Shown here: positions 25,123 to 38,512 of the stretch, piece after piece
How positions within the stretch are numbered: the stretch's first letter is position 1
Layout of the letters: each line of letters begins with the position of its first letter
Source of the DNA: Octopus vulgaris
Taxonomy: Eukaryota
Direction: 5' to 3'
Assembly (NCBI GenBank): GCA_951406725.2
Contig: OX597825.1
Location: forward strand, 9,734,001-9,798,000
DNA: 64,000 nucleotides
Translations under genes and position numbers: made by a program
The notes under the pieces: generated by a model
Database searches by the model: none
Told to the model about the DNA's origin: nothing
Seen by the model: only the letters and a program-made list of their open reading frames with translations

Positions 25123-25520
25123 AAGGCAGTAAGCTGGCAGAAATGTTAGCATGCTGGGTGAAATGCTTAGCTTTACATTCTGAGTTCAAATTCCGATGAG
25201 GTCGTCTTTGCTTTTCATCCTTTCGGAATTGATAAATTAAGTACCAGTTGTGTACAGGGGTTGATCTAACTGACTAGCCCCATCCCCCAAAATTTCAGGC
25301 CTTGAGCCAAGAGTAGAAAAGAAATGTTAGCATGCCGGGCAAAATGGTTATCAGTATTTCGTCTGTCTATACGTTCTGAGTTCAAATTCTATCAAGGTCG
25401 ACTTTGCCTTTTATCCTTTCAGGGTAGATAAATTAAGGACCAGTTGCGTACTGGAGTCGATCTAATCGACTGGCCCCCACCCCAAAAATTTCGGGCCTTG
25501 TGCCTAGAGTAGAAAAGAAT
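25123..25520 (+). mobile_element. Tandem pair of tRNA-derived SINEs (GAGCTGGCAGAA..TTCTGAGTTCAAATTCC family)
   Basis: Two adjacent copies. Others at about 48680-48920 (+) and 55735-55955 (-), plus a fold-back pair at 46835-47005. Confidence 0.8.
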
Positions 25521-26827
25521 ATATATGCATTCACACCTTTAATGCCTCTTCTCCCTACACACACACATACTTATTATTGTATAGGAGATCTATTGAGTCA
25601 AGTACACCCACTATGCACTCGGAGTGGTTGGCATTAGGAAGAGCATCCAGCTGTAGAAACTTTGCCAGATCAAGATTTGAGCCTGGTGCAGCCATCTGGT
25701 TTGCCAGTCCTCATTCAAATCGTCCAACCCATGCTAGCATGGAATGCAGACATTAAACGATGATGATGATATACAATATATATGATATATATATATGTGG
25801 TAGAGTCTCACATATGCAACAATTCAATAAGATAATTGAGATTTTCCAAGCAATTAGTAGACAAAACTCCCACAGGTAGTGAATGAAATCTTAAACCAGG
25901 CAAGAGAGATAACTCAAAAATAAAAAAAATCGATTAAAATTTCGTAAAACATAGAAAATATAGTATGGGAGTGTATCTAACCTTTAAGTCAACTAGTGGA
26001 AACATTAAGCAAGTTTTCCCCTCTTAGACCTCATCAGTGAAGTATTTTCTAATACACTGGCAGGATTAAAAGGAATGTAATTATACAAAATATGAATATC
26101 ATTGGTATGGGAGAGGGAAAAAACCCCAGGGGCGTATTCGACATTCTAAATACAAATACAATAATGTCTGAGATATATAGAACACAGTGAGTTGAACAAC
26201 TTCAATTAATGGAGATCATTTATGCAGTTAGTGTACAAAGATTGCCTCCAGGACTGATTAAAATCTAAAAGACAAGCAAAGGAGATAAAATCCAATACAA
26301 ACAAGAACTCAGAAAGAAAGAAAAATAATGTTTTAGAGAAATGGAAATGAATTTGGTCTTGTATTTTTATACTTGTGCATTCGCTTGTGTAAGTGTACAA
26401 GTATGTGTTTTGTGTATACACACACATAGGCACATATGCATACACATACTTCTGCAAGTGGTCTCCATGTATTTCACCTTGCCACACTTGGAATCTCGGG
26501 CCTGTGTTGCTTATCTCTGCCAGAATCCTCAATGTACCTGAGTGGTCTTTGTCCTCCACAGCAGAAGTGTAATGGCCAGTCTCCCCAAGTGAACAGGGAC
26601 TGGCTTGCAAGAGTCATGAAAAGGTACCCATACCGGTGCCACATTAAAGTGCGCATGCAGTGCCACATTAAAAGCACACGGTACATACTGAAATGGGGTT
26701 GGCATTAGGAAGGGCATCCAGCGGTAGAAACCAAGGCAAATCAGACCGGAACCTCATGCAGATCTCCAGTCTGCCAGCTCTGGTCAAACCATCCAACCCA
26801 TCCCAGCTGGGAAAGCGGACGTTAAAG

Positions 26828-26912
26828 GATGACAACAACGACGACAACGATGATGATGATGATGGTGATGATGATGATGATAATGATGGTGATGGTGGTG
26901 GTGGTGACGACA

Positions 26913-26946
<34 letters not shown>

Positions 26947-27137
26947 CGATGATGATGATCATCATGATGATGATGACGATGATGATGATCATGATGATCA
27001 TGTTGATCATGATGATGACGATGATGATGATGATGATGATGACAATGATGATGATGACAACAATGATGATGATGATGATGATGATGATGACGATGATGAT
27101 GATCATGATGATGATGACGATGATGATCATGATGATA

Positions 27138-27183
<46 letters not shown>

Positions 27184-27210
27184 CGACGATGATGATGATG
27201 GTGGTGGTGG
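26828..27210. repeat. Expanded (GAT)n microsatellite tail of an RTE-UTR copy
   Basis: Begins directly after GGAAAGCGGACGTTAAAG and produces poly-D/H/M/I pseudo-ORFs. Confidence 0.95.
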
Positions 27211-28145
27211 AGCAAAAGTCTTCAGAACGTAACACCTAATATGGCACTAGGGTGTTACATACATTCAAGCAGAGCTTGTACATTTCTGACATTTTCCCTG
27301 TACTAACAACCTTGCCCTTGCAACTTCTATGTGTGAGCACAAGATTGTCCATTTCCCTTGAAAAGGCCGAGGCCAAAGCTGTTCTGCCTCTCAACGCAAA
27401 ATGCAATGTATTTCTACACAAACATAAATATGTATTGCATACTTACAGATATACATATGTACACACACACACAGACACACACACACAAGCATACATGTAT
27501 GTAGTAAGTATGTTTGTTGGCACGAATACTCTTAGGAAGTTAATTGCATGTGGAACGCCTTCAGGTAGCCTTTTCCTCACTTCATCTGGTCAGGTATGCT
27601 AGAGCTGGTTTCTTTTCTTTCTTTTTTTTCTCTCTCTTTTAATGGCATATTTATCCATTCCAGGCAGTCTTTTATTCCATCCCTGCAACTGGTGATCACA
27701 GAGGGATTTCGTCTTTGTACCTGTTTGGAGATTTAGTTCCCGGAAACAGAAAGTTATATAACAGATTTGCTGCAAGGTGCAAGCAAGCACATTTCTTTTA
27801 TATCCCTAGAAATGCGTGTGCTTATTACCAAGTATGCAAACCCCCCCCCCCCCACACACACACACACACGCATACATATATTAGAGTAGGTCGATTTTGG
27901 AACGGTAATCTTGGACTAATCTAGATAGAAAAGTATTAATGTATAGAAAAGTGGCATCAACTCATATTTATGAAAACGATTTTATGTTTTAAGGATTCTC
28001 AGTTGGTTTGTAAAATTGTATAATTTTACACATAAAAAGCCAACCATTGGACCTAATTTAATCAAAATAACCAATTAAAATTTGTCGTTTTCAACAAAAC
28101 AATGCTTGGAACTTGTTTAAATGCTTTATACATGTTTATTGATGT

Positions 28146-28375
28146 AGTGGGTTGTCGGGAAAGTTCGTGCCGATTTATAGTAGCTTACCTTTCGACTTAT
28201 TTTTAGAACATGGTTGAGTCCATAAAATAGGATTTGACTATACCTCCATTTAGAGCACAGTTTAAGCTATCTTTCCGTGGAAGAAGGCTTATGTTCCTAT
28301 AACCTGTGTTAATTCTGTAACCCTTTAAAATGGAAGATAAGTAAGTTCATTTTCGGCACTTGATGCTCTGGGAAC
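28146..28375 (+). mobile_element. Mariner-like transposon 5' fragment
   Basis: TA followed by a TIR-like GTGGGTTGTCGGGAAAGTTCGTGCCGATTT, and a broken transposase start MEDK*VHFRHLMLWE. Confidence 0.55.
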
Positions 28376-28834
28376 CAGACAAAAATTGCTGCAGCTCAGC
28401 TGGGATGTGTTGAAAGGGCAGTGAAGCTGACATCTAAAGTTTCCCATAAAGTTTCCCATGGACTTGAATCAAGGTACAAATACATTTTGGCCAAAGCCCT
28501 AAGCTGTCATATGAGGCTTACTTTTGCTTCTAAGGGCTCTTACAGTGAAAATTATTATGATTTTGGTATCTAAATTTGTCTTATTCAGACTCTATAGAAT
28601 TTGTGCATTTTTGTGAATTTTCCAAATAACAATAACAATTTCTTTCAAATGAAATTGGTGAAAATGTGGTGTTTTTTAGTTACAGTATTTGAAGGTTTTG
28701 AAACAGGTTCCTCAAAAAAATGGTTAAAGCTAGGGAGATGGATTTTTTTGTCAGTTATTATCATATTAAGCCCTCACTGTCTCAATTAGTACAAAGTCAT
28801 TAACTACAAAAGAGTGGAAAATTAACATGCCCTA

Positions 28835-28872
<38 letters not shown>

Positions 28873-29211
28873 GAAAAATACAAAGTGGGACAAGAACGTA
28901 AAACATTTAGAAGACGATACAAAAAACACAGACAGGACATTCGTAGCCTTCAATCTTCAGTCAAGAACCGGATCATCCTATCAATTTCGGCTGATTAATC
29001 TTGAGATCGCTCCAATCCGGCCAGCCCCAAGGAAAAACTAAGCTACGAGCATTAGATTTCTTGTAAGAAGGATCGAATGTATATGAAACAGGGACAGAAA
29101 AATGGACGATGCCACACGAATACAAAAGATACAAAAAACAATAATGGTAAAAACAGGACAAAAACAGCGGGTGTCTTACGACTAATAAACAGTACAACAA
29201 GTTTAGCTGGC

Positions 29212-29249
<38 letters not shown>

Positions 29250-29289
29250 TTATATGCAAGTGTTTGTGTGTTTGGTGAATGTGTGAGAG

Positions 29290-29328
<39 letters not shown>

Positions 29329-30595
29329 ATTTATGTTGAGCTGAACAAGTACTACATTCCCAAGATGCAATGTTTTTAGTTGGGTGCTGCACATCAGCAG
29401 GTTTCGGCATAATACCCTTTAAACCTGCTGACAAGTTCTGTCAGCCTACAGAACAAAGCTGCAGCTCAACAACCTAATCCCCTTTTCATCTCACTTAAAT
29501 TAACATCTATAAAACCCTACATGCTTCCTACATGAAACAATCTCGAGCCATGTTTTTTTGTTGTTGCTGCTGTTGTTGTTTTTGTGCAACAACATAAACG
29601 TAAAGTATATTTACATCATCTACATCATCATCAGCAGCAGCAGGAGCATTGTAGGCGCAATGGCCCAGTGGTTAGGGCAGCGGACTCGCGGTCGGAGGAT
29701 TGCAGTTTCGATTCCCAGGCCGGGCGTTGTGTGTGTTTATTGAGCGAAAACACCTAAAAGCTCCACGAGGCTCCGGCAGGGGGTGGTGGCGACCCATGTT
29801 GTACTCTTTCGCCCCAACTTTCTCTCACTCTTTCTTCCTGTTTCTTGTCCCCGACTTCCTACACAACCGCTGAGCCTGGATGCGCATTCATCCATCCGTC
29901 GATGCTCTCGGTGTCGGGGGTTGACCTGCCTTCTCTTCTGCGGGTCCTACGAATAGCAAAGGACCACGTTTCGGACTTCTCCCACTACACTCTGGGACAA
30001 AGACCACTTCGCTCAACAAACAAACAAGCAGCAGGAGCAACAGCATCATTTAACGTCAGCTTATGATGCTGGGATGCAATGCGATGGGTTGGATAGTACA
30101 ACAGGGTTATGGCAAGCTGGAAGTCCAGATCATGCTCCAAAGTCTGCTTTGGTTTCCAAAGTCTGATATGGTTTCTAAGTCCTGATGCCCTTCCTAGCAC
30201 CGACCACTTTATAGACATTAGTGGCTGCTTTCTTGTAACAGCAGCAGTGGTAGGGGTCACCCTGCAACATGTAAGATTAAAGAGCCTATAAAGGAGCCCT
30301 TATAAATGAAAGAGAATGAGAGAGGGAGAGAGAGGATGGGTATGGATGTAAGATGTTGGAGGAGACGAACCTGAGAGAGAGAGAGAATGAGAGAGAGAAC
30401 AGATAAGGGTGGAGAGGTTTCAGGGTGAGAGTTACGGTGATGTGTGGGAGTCCTGGTGATATCACAGAAAGATGAAAGGATGCTGAGGTGGCAGAGAAGC
30501 TGCGGAAGGAGGAGGTGAAAGATGTCATTGAGAAGGGGGTGTTAGGGATGGGTGAGGAGGGGGAACAAGGAAGGGAATCTCACAAGTGGTGAGAA

Positions 30596-30745
30596 GAGAG
30601 ATATGAAAGACAGAGTGATGATGGAAGAGTGATATGAATGACAGAGTGATGATGGAAGAGTGATATGAATGATGGAGTGATGATGGAAGAGTGATATGAA
30701 TGACAGAGTGATGATGGAAGAGTGATATGAATGACAGAGTGATGA
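30596..30745. repeat. Purine-rich tandem repeat of about 31 bp within a low-complexity region (30300-30900)
   Basis: Unit GAGTGATATGAATGACAGAGTGATGATGGAA. Confidence 0.85.
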
Positions 30746-31469
30746 CTGAAGTAAGAAGAGAGTGAGGAGGTAAGGGATGTTAATGAGAAAAGATGCTAAT
30801 GGGAAGACTGGAATGAGCAGGGAGATGGGTGGAGGAAGGAAGGTGGGTAGAGGTAGAGTGGCAGTGAGAGCAATAAAGTCTCTCATACATAGTCTTGGTA
30901 AAGGAGGAGAAGGGTGAGGAGGGTCACTTGATTGGCTGGTATAAAACCAGTTACAGACAGCCTCCAGCCTCTGGCCCACAGATATGCTGTCTCCTCTCTT
31001 GGCCATTTCTATTGTTAGACACCTATTTCTTTACATCTATTATACTTTAACATCATAACCTGGCACAAAGCCATCTCCACCGATACACTTCACACCTCAG
31101 TTGAAGGGGGTCTTGCTTTGCAAAATACATGGTTACCTCACTGGTGATGGTGCCACATAAAAAGCACCCAGTACACGCTGTAAAGTGGTTGGCATTAGAA
31201 AGAGCATCCAGTCATAGAAACCATGCCAAAACAGACATTGGAACTAGGTGCAGTCCTCTTGCTTCTCAGCTCCTGTTGAACCATTCAACTAAGCTAGCAT
31301 AGAAAAAAAAAGATTTAATGATGATGATATGTTTTGTAAATACTGACAGATAATTCAATTACCACCACATAGTTAATCCTCATATCATGTGCGTGTGTGT
31401 GTGTAGGAAAAACGAAAGTTGAAAATGCCCTGAGGATATTTAAAATATTTTTTATTAATATATTTAAAG

Positions 31470-31508
31470 CTTCAACCGGTTTCACAGTTTACACTGATTT
31501 TCAAAAAG
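31470..31508 (-). ncRNA. Minimal hammerhead-like motif with a U3/A8 core variant
   Basis: CUUU UUGAAAA U-CAGU GUAA ACUG-U GAAA CCGG UU|GAAG. Confidence 0.45.
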
Positions 31509-31810
31509 TTCAAATAGAAAGACATGGCTTATGTCTCAGCAGTCTTGCTTCTGACTAGTGTTTGAAACTTGCCCTGTTTTTATAGGTGGGGGTCATGGCT
31601 GAAATTAGTGTATGTCTTGAATAGGATTTGATTGGTAGAGGATAGTCACATGGCTGGCCTAAGAAAGTTTTGTAGATTCCCCTGCTACGCCCGTGCATCA
31701 GTATCATGTGACAGTATATTTTGTGCCTAAAAAGAAGGCTGATACGGTTGAGTGAACATGTTTAGTTATATATATATATATAGAGACAAACAGACAGACA
31801 GAGACAATAA

Positions 31811-31860
<50 letters not shown>

Positions 31861-32669
31861 CAGATATACATTGGGCCTCACGGAGGCAATGACAAGTGAC
31901 CAAGGTCTTTGGTGATATGCCATGCCTGAGAAGACTCATCAAGCCAAGTGAAATCAGATGCTGGTATCACGTGACTGGCAACCATGCTAGTGGCACATAA
32001 AAACACTTGTGCCGGTGGTACATAAGCATCCATTACACTCTGGGAGTGGTTGGCATTAGGAAGGGCATCCAGCTACAGAAACTATGTCACATCAGACTGG
32101 GACCAGGCGCAGCTCGTCAGCTTGCTAGTTCCAGTCAAACCCTCTAACCCATGCCAGCATGGAAGGCAGACATGAAAAGATGATGATGATGATGATGATG
32201 ATATAAGCCCATCATCGTTTAACGTCCGTTTTCCATGCTAGCATGGGTTGGACAGTTTGACTGGGGTCTGGGAAGCCAGGAGGCTGCACCAGGCTCCAGT
32301 CTGATCGGGCAAGGTTTCTACAGCTGGATGCCGTTCCTAATGCCAATCACTCAGGAGAGGCTGGCAACGGCTACAATCGGTTGGTGCTTTTTACATGCCA
32401 CAGGCACAGAAACCAGTCAAGGCGGCGCAGGCATTGGCCACGTTCAGATGATATTTGTATAAAAATACCGCTAGAGAGGGACTGTTTAATGGCAACATAA
32501 TGTAACAGATTAAAGGAAATAAGTCAAATGGTCCGATCTAGATTTGAAACTGTACTGTAGGTTCAGCAAACCAGGAACATACCTTCAATGACAGCAGTCA
32601 TAAAGTATTATATGTGTGTGAGCACGAGGGGGAGAGAAAGAAAATACGTGTGTGTGCCTGTGTGTATAT

Positions 32670-32704
<35 letters not shown>

Positions 32705-33408
32705 TGTGAATATATATGGGTATGTGTGAGTGTCTGTGTGAATGTGTGTAAGTATGCATATACTCACACACAAACTCTCGCTTATACACCAAACACACAG
32801 GCATGCATATCACACGCATACACACACACACACACACACACGCACGCACACGCACACACACACACACATACACACACACTGTGCATCAGGTGCTGTAAAA
32901 TAACATTTGAGTAGATCCACATCCAAAAGATAAAGTAAGACGAATAATAGAAAAATAAAGGATTATAAAATTAATTCAAAAAAATCACAAAGAAACAGTA
33001 AGACTGGCAAAATAAGTAAAATAAATACGATTTATTAACGAGATTAACTATACAAAGATTTCCTATTGTTACAATATTACATTGTAAAAAGAAATATGTA
33101 TGTATATGTACATTTATGTAGGTACACAAAGTATGTATGTATAGTTGAGTATACACATGCGCGTGAGTATACACACACACATACACACATAAATATATAT
33201 ACACACATATACACACACAGAGAGGCATACACAAAAATATATATATATAGGAACAGAAGTGGTTGTGTGATAAGTAGCTTGCTTACAACCACATGGTTCC
33301 AGGTTCAGTCCCATTGCGTGGAACCTTGGGCAAGTGTCTTCTACTATAGCCTCGGGCCGACCAAAGCCTTTCGAGTGGATTTGGTACACGGAAACTGAAA
33401 GAAGCCTG

Positions 33409-33452
<44 letters not shown>

Positions 33453-34214
33453 TCACACATATATATACATGTATGTATGTAAGCATGCATGTATGTATAT
33501 GTTTGTATGTCTATGTTTTTCTCCCCACCATCGCTTGACAACCGATGCTGGTGTATTTATGTCCCCGTAACGTAACAGTTTGACAAAAGAGACTGATAGA
33601 ATAATAAGTACTAGGCTTACAAGGAATAAGTCCTGGAGTCAATTTGTCTGACTAAAGGCAGTGCTCCAGCATAGCCACAGTCAAATGACTGAAACAAATA
33701 AAAGAGTATATATACATATATATATGTGTGTGTGTGTGTGTGTATGAGACTTCACCTAATGGAGTGGTTGGCGTTAGGAAGGGCATCCAGCTGTAGAAAC
33801 ACTGCCAGATCAGACTGGAGCCTGGTGCAGCCTCCTGGCTTCCCAGACCTCGGGTGAACCGTCCAACTTATGCCAACATGGAAAGCAGACGTTTAAACAA
33901 TGATGATGAGGGCATATTTTAGGCATCATCATCAGCATCGTCTTTTAAAGTATGTCTCCCACGCTGGTGTGGCTCAGACAGTTTGGGAGGGTATGATAGG
34001 TCAGAAGACTACATCAAGCTCCAGTGTCTGCTTTGACATAGTTTGTATGGCTGGCTGCTCTACCAAATGTCACTTTATCATGGCACCAGCACTTGTGAGG
34101 TTGCCATGTTTTTAGTTCAGTCTTACCATGCAACAAATGCAGAAAAGATTTCTTGTATCACCTCAGGTCAATTAATTTATTGTCAATGAATGAGGTAGAT
34201 GAAAGCTGCACTGC

Positions 34215-34241
34215 ATGTGTGTGTGTGTGTGTGTGTATGTA

Positions 34242-34276
<35 letters not shown>

Positions 34277-34285
34277 GCAAGTGTG

Positions 34286-34317
<32 letters not shown>

Positions 34318-34322
34318 GTGTT

Positions 34323-34362
<40 letters not shown>

Positions 34363-34410
34363 TGTGCAAGTGTGGTGTGTGTGTGTGTGTATGTGTTTGT
34401 GTGCAAGTGT

Positions 34411-34444
<34 letters not shown>

Positions 34445-34655
34445 TGTGCAAGTGTGGTGCGTGTGTGTTTGTGTGTGTGTGTGTGTGTACGTGTGCAAGT
34501 GTGGTGTGTGTGTGTGTACGTGTGCAAGTGTGGTGTGTGTGTGTGTGTGTGTGTACGTGTGCAAGTGTGGTGTGTGTGTGTGTGTGTGTGTACGTGTGCA
34601 AGTGTGGTGTGTGTGTGTTTGTGTGTGTGTGTGTATGTGTACGTGTGCAAGTGTG

Positions 34656-34687
<32 letters not shown>

Positions 34688-34746
34688 ATGTGTACGTGTG
34701 CAAGTGTGGTGTGTGTGTGTGTGTGTGTGTGTACGTGTGCAAGTGT

Positions 34747-34786
<40 letters not shown>

Positions 34787-34799
34787 CGTGTGCAAGTGT

Positions 34800-34837
<38 letters not shown>

Positions 34838-35077
34838 TGTGCAAGTGTGGTGTGTGTGTGTTGTGTGTGTGTGTGTGTGTATGTGTACGTGTGCAAGTGT
34901 GGTGTGTGTGTGTGTTGTGTGTGTGTGTGTGTATGTGTACGTGTGCAAGTGTGGTGTGTGTGTGTGTGTGTGTGTGTACGTGTGCAAGTGTGGTGTGTGT
35001 GTGTGTGTGTGTGTACGTGTGCAAGTGTGGTGTGTGTGTTTGTGTGTGTGTGTGTGTATGTGTACGTGTGCAAGTGT

Positions 35078-35115
<38 letters not shown>

Positions 35116-35250
35116 TGTGCAAGTGTGGTGTGTGTGTGTTTGTGTGTGTGTGTGTGTATGTGTACGTGTGCAAGTGTGGTGTGTGTGTGTGTGTGTGTGT
35201 ACGTGTGCAAGTGTGGTGTGTGTGTGTGTGTGTGTACGTGTGCAAGTGTG

Positions 35251-35282
<32 letters not shown>

Positions 35283-35375
35283 GTATGTGTACGTGTGCAA
35301 GTGTGGTGTGTGTGTGTGTGTGTGTGTGTACGTGTGCAAGTGTGGTGTGTGTGTGTGTGTACGTGTGCAAGTGTG

Positions 35376-35407
<32 letters not shown>

Positions 35408-35418
35408 ATGTGTGCGTG

Positions 35419-35449
<31 letters not shown>

Positions 35450-35554
35450 ACGTGTGCAAGTGTGGTGTGTGTGTGTGTGTGTGTGTGTACGTGTGCAAGT
35501 GTGGTGTGTGTGTGTTTGTGTGTGTGTGTGTGTATGTGTTCGTGTGCAAGTGTG

Positions 35555-35585
<31 letters not shown>

Positions 35586-35700
35586 TGTGCAAGTGTGGTG
35601 TGTGTGTGTGTGTGTGTACGTGTGCAAGTGTGGTGTGTGTGTGTGTGTGTGTACGTGTGCAAGTGTGGTGTGTGTGTGTGTGTGTGTGTGTGTGTGCATG
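34215..35700. repeat. Compound (GT)n satellite punctuated by ACGTGTGCAAGTGTG
   Basis: Directly visible; source of the six 500+ aa pseudo-ORFs. Confidence 0.97.
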
Positions 35701-35960
35701 CATGTGCATGCTTATGTTGTGCGTGTGTGTCTGCAAATGTGAAAATAATGTTGATATTTTCGTTCTCACAATTTGAGCAAGGTGGTGCTGATGTTGACAT
35801 AATGGCTAGTTGTTTGGTACTTTTGAAGAACTGTCGTATATAAAAATCCATTACCTGACAGACAGGTGAAGATCCAGAATATCTTTCCTACCGCAAAATC
35901 AATTCCCATCAAAGCCATACAAGCATCGAGAAATGGACATTAAACAAACCAATGAACGAG

Positions 35961-36520
<560 letters not shown>

Positions 36521-37075
36521 ACATACATACACCCACATATATACATACATATGTATATATGTATGCAGTTTAAATGTATGCATATAAACATGTATGTGCG
36601 CATATATACATGCATGCATCGGATGGATAAGCAATATATAAGCCGTATATACGATGTGTGTGTGTGTGTAATGCTTATTATTGGACATGTGCATCTCCCA
36701 TATAATGGGACTCCAAAGTGAGTGCATTGAACTATTATTGCTGAATGCTGAATGTGTCAAGTTGTCTTCCCTTCGCTTTACTCTGGATAATTAAGTGTTC
36801 AGAGTCCATACACACAGCAGAACATGAGTGGACTCTAATTAAATCTCTTCACACTTGTGTCCCGATATAAATAAAGTGGAAGCATTGTGCTGTCTCACAT
36901 CTCTTATTCATTCTAATCCTTCCTTTACATTTACAAATTCTCGGCCATCCCTCTCTCTTGTAATTGTTGATTTGTCATTGTCGTTTAACATCTGTTTTCC
37001 ATGCTGGCATGGGTTGGACAGCCTGAAAGGATCCATCAAGCCACAAGAGAGAGAGAGAGAGAGTGTAATAGAAGG

Positions 37076-37410
37076 TTAGTAAAGTTAAGTTAAGTTAATT
37101 ATTTGGCTCAAAAAGCAAAAAGCAAGGCCATGTAGGGGGACATTGAGTTATGTACAGGGTGTGTTCATGCAAAGAGTTCAGGCCATTTCTGGTCAAGGGA
37201 GACTTTGAACCGAGCGGTCATCGGCATCTTCACTATCTCGTCCGGCAGCTTATTCCACAGATCCGCAACCCGGACAGAGAAAGCCCTTCTCCTTCGATTG
37301 AGATGCAATCGTCGCAGATAGAGCTTTTTGGAGTGACCCCGCAGCCGACGCTCTGGAGCAGGAGTGAAGAACAGCTCTTTCGAGATGCATATAGGGGTGA
37401 CCAGAGTGAG
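37076..37410 (-). mobile_element. CR1-clade LINE 3' end
   Basis: LRGHSKKLYLRRLHLNRRRRAFSVRVADLWNKLPDEIVKM..FKVSLD, followed by a short 3' UTR and a (TAACT)n tail. Confidence 0.85.
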
Positions 37411-38244
37411 TGATGAAGAAGGGTGGAGATGCAGTTGATGGGAAATACCAGGATGGAAATCGGGTAAGGCGAAAGAGATAGAAGTGACCCTGGAAGGAAG
37501 GCAGATCAGAAAGCAAGGGGATGATGTGCAAGGTGCAGGAGATGCAGTGAGGGAGATATAGAGATGTATAGTAGGTGGGATGTGATTGCAGATAGCCCTG
37601 CTGCTAATTCGCAATAATATTTTATTATAGGTTCAGAAGTGGGTGTGTGGTAAGTAGCTTGCTTACCAACCATATGGTTCTGGGTTCAGCCCCACTGCAT
37701 GGCACCTTGGGCAAGTGTCTTCTACTATAGCCTCAGGCCAACCAAAGCCTTGTGAGTGGATTTGGTAGACAGAAACTGAAAGAAGCTCATCGTATATGTG
37801 TGTGTGTGTGTGTGTGTGTGCACGTGTCTTTGTGTGTCTGTGTTTGTTCCCCCAACATCACTTGACAACCAATGCAAGCGTATTTACATCCTTGTAACTT
37901 AGCAGTTCAGCAAAAGAGAGCGAAAGAATAAATGCTAGGCTTACAAAGAATAAGTCCTGGGATCGATTTGCTCGACTAAGGGCGGTGCTCCAGCATGGCC
38001 ACAGTCAAATGACTGGAACAAAAGAATATCCTTTCTTCACAGCTTTGCTAATCCACTCATGTAAGCTTTGTCTCGTATCCCACGTCAGATTTATAGAAAT
38101 ATGAGGCTGAAGAAAAAGTTCATGCACCGTTTTAAAATAACGTTTTTTTCATATATTTTTGTGGTGTGTGTGTGTTCATTCAGTTCATGTCAAGTTCAAT
38201 GGTGATCCACTGTTGAAAAGTTTCTAAGACTTGTTCATCGAAAA

Positions 38245-38356
38245 AGATCTTTGTTTCAAGAAGACAATGCAAAGCCACATGCCGCCAGAAAGACCAGCAA
38301 CAAGACTGAAGAATTGGACAGTGTGGAAGTTCTGCTGCATCCAGCCTATAGTCCAG
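38245..38356 (+). mobile_element. Mariner transposase fragment interrupted by an RTE-UTR insertion
   Basis: FQEDNAKPHAARKT...VEVLLHPAYSP corresponds to the HDNARPH...HPPYSPDL motifs. Confidence 0.8.
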
Positions 38357-38479
38357 GAAGGGCATCCAGCTGTAGAAACTCTGCCAGATCAAGATTGGAG
38401 CCTGGTGCAGCCATCTGGTTCGCCAGCCCTCAGTCAAAATCATCCAACCCATGCTAGCATGGAAAGCAGACGTTAAACA

Positions 38480-38512
<33 letters not shown>

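Noticed and set aside
26693-27239. Poly-Asp/His/Met/Ile ORFs
   Set aside because: These are translations of an expanded (GAT)n retroelement tail.
27594-27790. Plus-strand donor, pyrimidine tract, acceptor and open frame (AVFYSIPATGDHRG...) suggesting an antisense gene
   Set aside because: No recognisable homology, no clear downstream donor and no partner exons.
29654-29725. tRNA gene
   Set aside because: The tRNA-like head continues into a SINE body and lacks a proper acceptor stem. The same applies to the other tRNA-like heads in the window.
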